Positions 24,958-31,291 of a DNA stretch of 31,291 nt are shown piece after piece. Position 1 is the first letter of the stretch. Every line of letters begins with the position of its first letter. The stretch is from the NCBI GenBank assembly GCA_016839745.1, contig JAEOTS010000149.1, forward strand, positions 1 through 31,291, given 5' to 3'. The notes under the pieces are model-generated. The model saw only the letters and a program-made list of their open reading frames with translations, was not told where the DNA came from and made no database searches. Source of the stretch: Promethearchaeota archaeon (GTDB lineage: Archaea > Asgardarchaeota > Lokiarchaeia > Sigyniarchaeales > SOKP01). A program made the position numbers and the translations under genes.

Positions 24958-27504
24958 ATGAAAAAAACACTGAGGTTTATTTTATTTTACGTTTATGTTT
25001 TAATCTCCTTTAGCATAATTTTATCTTTGTTTCTTATTTTCCTTCCAATATCAATGCAAAGCATCATAGATTGGACTTTTTGGGTAGCTATCATTTTTTA
25101 TATATTTTCTATTGAAGAATTTTATAGATTCTGTAAGTTTGGTAAAAGAAGCGAAATGAGCGACTTTGTTGCGATTTTATTCTTTTTTTTTCTGATATTC
25201 TTTTTCTCAAAAGATATACTAACTTCGATTATGGGCGCTTTTTCAATTTATTTGTGGTTCGGAATATATGAACTAAAAGATTATCCCGTTTTAAATAAAA
25301 TTTTAATAATTTCATTAGCAACTTACAATATAATTTTCGTATCAGGAATAATTTCAAATGTTTTAGGTGATCCTATTGTCATAAACACCGCTTTTTCGTT
25401 TTCTTTTTGGATTATTCTTGGATTGGGATTTATTTTATTCGGTCGTAAGTATATTGTTATATGGAGGTTCATGTCTCCTGAATATTTGACATTATTTTTG
25501 TACATAATAGCTTGGCTAGGTATTGTTTTTATCAACGAATACACCCCTCTTAATTTTATCTCACAAAAGGCGCTGCTTTTTAATTCTTTCTCAATATGGG
25601 AACTTTTCATGAATGTTTATACTATTTTAATAGCAATAAATTTGATTATTTATTTTATTTCTGGGCCAATTTTAGATTTTATGCTTGGAATTAAACCACT
25701 TAAGGATAAAAGACTATTAGATATAATTGAGAAAGTAAAATCAGACCTTGGAATAAAAGGAAAAGTAAAAGTTGGGATAGGTAACTATCCAATAATAAAT
25801 GCTATGGCATATGGTTCGTTTTTTGATAAAAGAATCGCCCTTATCGCAGAAAATTATAAATTAGTGCCCGAAGATGAAATCAAAGGTATTGTTGCTCATG
25901 AATTAGCACATACGAAGGGAAAGCACACTTTAATCTTGACTTTTATAACCACTGGTGACCTGCTCTTTAGAATGCTGTTTGGTATTCCTGCTACATATTA
26001 CGATTATACATTTGGTAATCCTCAGCTTCCCTTTATATTTTTTATTCTGTTAAACTTACTAATATATGTAATCTTGTTTATGTTTGTTAGAATATTAGAA
26101 GGGAAAGCCGACCAAAAAACAAAGAAAATTGGATACGCTAGAGAGCTTGTGAAAGCTCTTTATAATTTAGAAAGCTTCTATGCTACTGGACGTGAATTTG
26201 GATTGAACACTATGCTTCTATGCGAGGAAAAAATTTCACAAAATAATGAAATTTTAAATTACTTAGATACAGCAGATTACATTAATAAATCAATAATTAA
26301 ACCAAAAAGGAGCTCTCTGATTAGCAATATTATAAACTCTCATCCACTCACATATCATAGAATTGCTGCTATCCTCGATGATACATTAAAACCAACAAAA
26401 GAAATGCTTCTCCCCTTCTTGTGCTTAAAAAAATCAAATCAAAAACATTATGCTAAACTATTTGAAAACGCACGCGTTAAATTTAAAGATATTGCTAGCG
26501 AAAAGTTTAGAGAACATTTCAATATCAGGGATATTTCTGCTTATGTGCAAAATATTAACAGAATCGAACTCTATAAACTGGAACTCGAAAAGGATTTTAT
26601 ATTTAAGCATAAGATTACAGACGAACTTATTATAGGTAAATTAGAAAGTGTAAGATTTAACGATGATGTTTGCGAAATCGACGAATACATCGTGAGAGAA
26701 TTCAAAACTAGTAATAAAATCCATCTAAATTCTTCAGAATATTCAAAATCTCATATTTCACTAAAAGATGATTACTTTTTGGAAAAGGAGGGAATAGTAA
26801 ATCTTATAGATATAGCTCTGAGCTCAGATCAAAAAAAATCTAAATATATCTTTTTAGATAAAGATGGTCATAAGGTTTTTAAACGTTTAAAAAAAACAAA
26901 ATTACCTAATTCAATATCAACAATAAAAATGTTTAGTGGTAAGGATGTTTTTTTCAATACAAAAGGGGAAACACTAGTACTTAAATGTTTTAAAGTAGAA
27001 CTTTCAAGGAATTTTAAAGACTCCGAATTATATTTTGAAACGCTCTCTCAAAATAATGGAGGTAAAAAGTTTCCATTCAAACTTAAGGATTTGATAATTA
27101 AACCAAGGAATATCTATATAGCGATAAACAGAAATGAAACAGGTCGAAATACAGAATCAAAAATCTTTGAATGGCTAATAGAAAAACAACTAAGGACTTA
27201 TATTTATCTGAAAAAACCAGTCAATAACTTAGAAATTGGTTATATTCAAAATATAAAAATTGATATTGAAAATTTAAAAAAAAACCCAGAGCAAGGAAAA
27301 AATGAGGTATCTAACTATGTAACCATTAAAAATATATTCGGTAAACATCAAGAGATACCATATAAATCATTAGAAGCCTTATCCTTCGAATACATTACAG
27401 GTACCATTCAAAAGAAGTCAGAAACGAGTATTTTTAGCAAATTAGGATATATTCTATTGAAAAAATTCAAACCTGAAAAGATTTTTTATCTCAACAAAGT
27501 TTAA
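24958..27504 (+). CDS. M48 (HtpX/Ste24-like) membrane metalloprotease with multi-TM N-terminus and large soluble C-terminal extension
   Basis: INAMAYG, DEIKGIVAHELAH, EGKAD, SHPLTYHRI. Confidence 0.9.
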   Translation: MKKTLRFILFYVYVLISFSIILSLFLIFLPISMQSIIDWTFWVAIIFYIFSIEEFYRFCKFGKRSEMSDFVAILFFFFLIFFFSKDILTSIMGAFSIYLWFGIYELKDYPVLNKILIISLATYNIIFVSGIISNVLGDPIVINTAFSFSFWIILGLGFILFGRKYIVIWRFMSPEYLTLFLYIIAWLGIVFINEYTPLNFISQKALLFNSFSIWELFMNVYTILIAINLIIYFISGPILDFMLGIKPLKDKRLLDIIEKVKSDLGIKGKVKVGIGNYPIINAMAYGSFFDKRIALIAENYKLVPEDEIKGIVAHELAHTKGKHTLILTFITTGDLLFRMLFGIPATYYDYTFGNPQLPFIFFILLNLLIYVILFMFVRILEGKADQKTKKIGYARELVKALYNLESFYATGREFGLNTMLLCEEKISQNNEILNYLDTADYINKSIIKPKRSSLISNIINSHPLTYHRIAAILDDTLKPTKEMLLPFLCLKKSNQKHYAKLFENARVKFKDIASEKFREHFNIRDISAYVQNINRIELYKLELEKDFIFKHKITDELIIGKLESVRFNDDVCEIDEYIVREFKTSNKIHLNSSEYSKSHISLKDDYFLEKEGIVNLIDIALSSDQKKSKYIFLDKDGHKVFKRLKKTKLPNSISTIKMFSGKDVFFNTKGETLVLKCFKVELSRNFKDSELYFETLSQNNGGKKFPFKLKDLIIKPRNIYIAINRNETGRNTESKIFEWLIEKQLRTYIYLKKPVNNLEIGYIQNIKIDIENLKKNPEQGKNEVSNYVTIKNIFGKHQEIPYKSLEALSFEYITGTIQKKSETSIFSKLGYILLKKFKPEKIFYLNKV

Positions 27505-27532
27505 TTGTCATGCTTCTGTTTAAAAACTTATA

Positions 27533-28462
27533 ATGCCCAGCAAAATCAGAAGTATTTCCCACCTTCTACGAGTAAGACAATATTATAAAAATGTTTTAAT
27601 CTTCGTTGGTGTGTTTTTTAGTAGGAACGTTTTTGATTCTAGGTTTTATTTTCCACTAATTTTAGGATTTATTTTACTATGCTGCGCTTCTTCTTTCAAC
27701 TATATTATCAACGACATCATAGATGTAGAACACGATAAAAAACATCAAGAAAAAATGAAAAAAAAACCTTTGGCGTCTGGAGAATTACCTATGTATTTCG
27801 CAGTATTATTGCTCATCATAATCGTCGGAGTTATGGTTTTCTCTGTTATATTTTTAATTCCAAATATTAGTTTTATATTTATGTTAATTCTTGTCATCTT
27901 AACGGGACAAGTTTATAACCATTTCTTTAAAAATTATGCATTTATCGATATATTGGTCTTATCCACTGGGTATCTATGGAGAGCATTATCCGGAGTTGTT
28001 ATAATCAACTTAGATATCTCTGCTTGGCTATTTTTAGCAATTTTCGAAATCGCAATGTTTTTAAGCATAGCTAAAAGGAAGGGTGATTTATTATATCTCG
28101 GAAAAGATAAAGCAGTTGAACATAAAAAGGTTTACGACCAATATTCTCTAAAACTGCTGGATCAATTTCACGTTCTAATTGCGGGCTCGCTATTTATGAC
28201 TTACTCTCTTTATCTTATATTTAAATTTAACCTTTTCGGAGCTACAATAAATCTACCAGAATATTTAGTGATTTTTACGATTCCTATTTCTCTATATATT
28301 ATTATGCGGTTTATGTATTTAACATCATCAAAGCCAGAAATAGCAAGGAGAACCGAGAAAGCCTTCTTCGATAAAGGAATAATTATTGCTGGTTTTATTC
28401 TATTTCTGATTTTATTGTTTGCTTTTTATTTCGATACATTGATTGAAATCTTTTCTCTCTAA
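27533..28462 (+). CDS. UbiA superfamily, polyprenyl-phosphate phosphoribosyltransferase (DPPR synthase)-like
   Basis: LRVRQYYKN, YIINDIIDVEHDKKH..KKKPLASG, AKRKGDL..HKKVYDQYS. Confidence 0.88.
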   Translation: MPSKIRSISHLLRVRQYYKNVLIFVGVFFSRNVFDSRFYFPLILGFILLCCASSFNYIINDIIDVEHDKKHQEKMKKKPLASGELPMYFAVLLLIIIVGVMVFSVIFLIPNISFIFMLILVILTGQVYNHFFKNYAFIDILVLSTGYLWRALSGVVIINLDISAWLFLAIFEIAMFLSIAKRKGDLLYLGKDKAVEHKKVYDQYSLKLLDQFHVLIAGSLFMTYSLYLIFKFNLFGATINLPEYLVIFTIPISLYIIMRFMYLTSSKPEIARRTEKAFFDKGIIIAGFILFLILLFAFYFDTLIEIFSL

Positions 28463-28536
28463 ATCATAAGCAATAAATATGTATTAAACATTTTTATCGT
28501 ATTTTTTAGATATTTACTATCAAGGAATTACTCTTT

Positions 28537-29727
28537 TTAAGAGTCCAAATATGATATTGTTTTATAACAAATATCAAAACATCCATTTAAAATCTTGTTA
28601 GAACATTTATCTGGAGTATCTTTTGAAGAATGAATATATTTTGAATCTTTTTCCGAATGAATGCAAGCAACTTGAAACGATGTCCTGGTACGTTTAGCTA
28701 AAGAAAGAAAAGATTTATAATCACTTTTAGGACCTCTAATTTTATTAAACTTAACTATAGGTATATTTAATTCTTTTGCTGATTGTTCTAATAAATCATT
28801 TAAATTAGTATTCAATCTTTTCTTCTTATTCAATCCAGTTTTATCTAAAAGACCAATATAACTGCCAACCATATCAATATTTAAATTATAAGATTTATTT
28901 AAATCATATTTTTCATATAACTCCTTTAAATGGGTTTTCCAAAAAGCTTGAGAACCTTTCAATCCCCATTCTTCAGCTCCACAAAATAAAATTATAACAT
29001 TTAAATTATTGAGAGGAGATCTTTTTAATGCTTTTGCTAATTCAATTAAAATTGAGACTCCACTTGCATTATCAATTGATCCCTTAGATTTTTGATTGTC
29101 ATATATTAGTAAAAAGATTATAGTAATTATCACAAATTCTATTAAAGTTGTAAAAATTGCAAAATTTATGACAAATACTTTATTTGTTAGGGGGTTGAAA
29201 TAATCGAGAATAAAATAAAATAAGAAACCTGCAGTAAGGAAAAAGTAAGGTAAAATGATAATTTTAAAGAGAAAAAAAAGCACATTCTGCAATCTATAAG
29301 GTAAACTTGAAGAAAAAGAATCATAATGAGCACTAAGGATTAAAACAGGTTGCTTATTTTCAGTTCTTCTTGCAGGAATGTTAACAACAAGATTTTTTGA
29401 ACCTTCTTTTTCTATTAGGGAAAAATCGCGTAACTTTTTCGACATGTATTTAAATGCAAAGAAGACAGCAATAACTAACCACAAACGATAAACTATAAAA
29501 TATGTTAGTAAAATCAGGTACGCAAGCCTCATGAAAACCCTTTTAGGGCCAACATATGAAAAATATTCTCGTTGAGATGTGATATTCCCTTTTTCTAATT
29601 CTTCTTGGATATAAGAAATTGCCCTCAATTCTTCCACACTACCGGTGGAACGATCAAAAGCTAAAAGATTAACGTGATTAATTATATCCAATTTATCAGA
29701 TAAGTCTTGATTCAAGATCGGGTCCAA
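28537..29727 (-). CDS. M28 family peptidase with inserted TM segments
   Basis: RSTGS, SAHYDS, GSIDNASG, GAEEWGLKGS, NIDMVG, SDY, IHSSKD. Confidence 0.9.
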   Translation of the reverse strand: MDPILNQDLSDKLDIINHVNLLAFDRSTGSVEELRAISYIQEELEKGNITSQREYFSYVGPKRVFMRLAYLILLTYFIVYRLWLVIAVFFAFKYMSKKLRDFSLIEKEGSKNLVVNIPARRTENKQPVLILSAHYDSFSSSLPYRLQNVLFFLFKIIILPYFFLTAGFLFYFILDYFNPLTNKVFVINFAIFTTLIEFVIITIIFLLIYDNQKSKGSIDNASGVSILIELAKALKRSPLNNLNVIILFCGAEEWGLKGSQAFWKTHLKELYEKYDLNKSYNLNIDMVGSYIGLLDKTGLNKKKRLNTNLNDLLEQSAKELNIPIVKFNKIRGPKSDYKSFLSLAKRTRTSFQVACIHSEKDSKYIHSSKDTPDKCSNKILNGCFDICYKTISYLDS

Positions 29728-29902
29728 ATTACCTTTTAATTATTTAAAATTAGAATGATATAAATTATTATTAATTAAGAACTTATGTAAAAATATAATG
29801 TTTTTGTTTCATTCATACAAGAAAGTATACTTTTTAATTTAAATTTCTATTTTCGAATATTTTAATTTTCAAAATAATGAATCAACTTTTAAAATTTATA
29901 GA

Positions 29903-29962
29903 AATAAATCTAGCTTTATTCTAAATGATAGTAATAAATCTAGCTTTATTGTAAATTATCGT
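29903..29962. repeat. 30-bp tandem duplication, each copy holding the near-perfect palindrome AATAAATCTAGCTTTATT
   Basis: Identical 18-mers at 29903-29920 and 29933-29950 in a divergent intergenic region. Confidence 0.85.
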
Positions 29963-30056
29963 AAAAATAAAGACAAACCTTATAAGTTTACGAAGTAATA
30001 CAACGTATAACAAATAATCTATAAAAAATCTAAAATTTAAAATTAAGTGATAAAAT

Positions 30057-31291
30057 ATGGAAATGGAAAGAAAAAACGTAGCAATAATTATTCTAGCCAT
30101 AGCATTAATTGGTTCTGGTGTTGGAAATATTATTTTTGCTGCACAACTCGGACTTATTGAAGTTCTTCCGCCTACGCGGGGACAAGATATGGTCTTTGGT
30201 GAAGCAGGAGGTATTCCAGATCTCGATCCTCATTATGCTTATGATAGCGCTTCAATTGATGTAATTGAACAAGTTTGCGAACCTCTATATACATTTAATT
30301 TATCAGATGAGGCACACGGTTATCCTCCAGTACCAAATTTAGCATCAGCAATGCCTGTAGTTTCTAGTAATTCATTAGAATATACAATAGCTCTCAAACA
30401 GGGGATAAACTTTACAGATGGTACAAAGTTTAACGCATCCTCCGTAGAGTATAACTTCTATAGATTAATGCATTTTGTAAATTATTCTGGAAATTCTTGG
30501 TTACCACAAAACACTTCAATGTGGCAACAAGATTTAGGATTTAACCGACCATTAGCCGCAACGACCGCAAGAAGTCAAATACGCGTTTTATATCAAGCAT
30601 CCACAGGAGAACCTATCATTAATAATATTACTGTTATTGATGAATACACAATAAAAATTGGTTTAAGAGAACCAAAAGCATCCTTCCTTCCGATACTTTG
30701 TTTTGCGGGATCAAGCATTATGTCCCCTACTTATCTTCAAGGTCTTGATGATCCAGATACAGATACAGTCAATGAGGCTATAGACATATATCTCGACGAA
30801 ATTTTCGGAGCAAGTATAATAGGAACTGGACCATTTATTTTTGATACATTTGTAGCTGATGTCGAAGTAGGCTTCGAACCTAACCCAAATTACTGGCAGG
30901 GCGCTCCTAAGCTCACGAGTTTAACCTTTGTCCAAATTGAAGATGATACTACACGAAACCAAGCATTATTATCTGGTGATATTGATGTGTTGGATGCTGG
31001 TATCCTTCCCGCATTTTTGGATCAATTCGAGGCTGATCCTAATATTGACCTCATCAACGGTGGCGGTACATTAAGTACCCTATGGATAACATTCAATTAT
31101 ACGATTCCAAAAGTCGTGAGACAAGCGATCTCGTGGTGCTATAACTACTCTTGGGTGATTGATGTAATTTACGAACGTCAATCAATCAGGATGTTATCTC
31201 CTATTCCACAAGGTCTAGTGCATTCAAATTACAGCTATGATTGTCCTACCTACGATCTTGTCAAGGCAAGAAATTATCTCCTTACTACCGA
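30057..31291 (+). CDS. ABC transporter substrate-binding protein, family 5 (peptide/nickel), truncated by the window end; absent from the ORF track
   Basis: MEMERKNVAIIILAIALIGSG..., DLDPHYAYDSAS, LKQGINFTDGTKFNASSV, IGTGPF, NPNYW. Confidence 0.93.
   Translation, partial: MEMERKNVAIIILAIALIGSGVGNIIFAAQLGLIEVLPPTRGQDMVFGEAGGIPDLDPHYAYDSASIDVIEQVCEPLYTFNLSDEAHGYPPVPNLASAMPVVSSNSLEYTIALKQGINFTDGTKFNASSVEYNFYRLMHFVNYSGNSWLPQNTSMWQQDLGFNRPLAATTARSQIRVLYQASTGEPIINNITVIDEYTIKIGLREPKASFLPILCFAGSSIMSPTYLQGLDDPDTDTVNEAIDIYLDEIFGASIIGTGPFIFDTFVADVEVGFEPNPNYWQGAPKLTSLTFVQIEDDTTRNQALLSGDIDVLDAGILPAFLDQFEADPNIDLINGGGTLSTLWITFNYTIPKVVRQAISWCYNYSWVIDVIYERQSIRMLSPIPQGLVHSNYSYDCPTYDLVKARNYLLTT

Noticed and set aside
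24671-24970. 99-aa minus-strand ORF
   Set aside because: AT-driven composition, overlaps the start of the M48 gene, no motifs
5689-26635. Shadow ORFs 5689-5913, 6830-7021, 7892-8179, 12856-13038, 17768-17959, 18251-18469, 19040-19366, 19577-19777, 23275-23640, 23833-24288, 25323-25610, 26450-26635
   Set aside because: Antisense or alternative-frame overlaps of well-supported genes, with no independent signal
29903-29962. Possible CRISPR array
   Set aside because: Only two copies, 12-bp similar spacers, no cas genes

Overview
AT-rich archaeal DNA whose gene content points to an Asgard archaeon, most likely Lokiarchaeia (inference from gelsolin-X, Bet3/TRAPP-like V4R pair, roadblock, ribophorin I, Sec61beta, a Rab-like fusion and an intron-containing tRNA-Gln). 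Bases 1-3630 look like an accessory or decayed island. It holds a gene fragment, a small Zn/membrane ORF, a Zn-ribbon/Rab-like fusion split by one in-frame TAA, and three GC-rich foldable non-coding elements, each with a nearby TATA-like box. It ends in an orphan 3' fragment of leucyl-tRNA synthetase, a possible integration scar. Bases 3.8-14.4 kb mix housekeeping genes (C45 peptidase, tpiA, hdrC, thioredoxin, MBL hydrolase, map) with eukaryotic-signature proteins. Bases 14.5-28.5 kb form a glycosylation and translocon neighbourhood: methyltransferase, GT4, DUF354, epimerase, AglH/DPAGT1, ATP-grasp, MazG pseudogene, Sec61beta, ribophorin I, Trm112, tRNA-Gln, giant M48 protease and a UbiA-family phosphoribosyltransferase. 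The window ends with an M28 peptidase and a partial family-5 ABC binding protein separated by a duplicated palindrome. The best candidate for an undescribed system is the cluster of structured ncRNA-like elements in the leuS-bounded island. All calls are by eye from motifs and base-pairing; no searches or folding programs were run.
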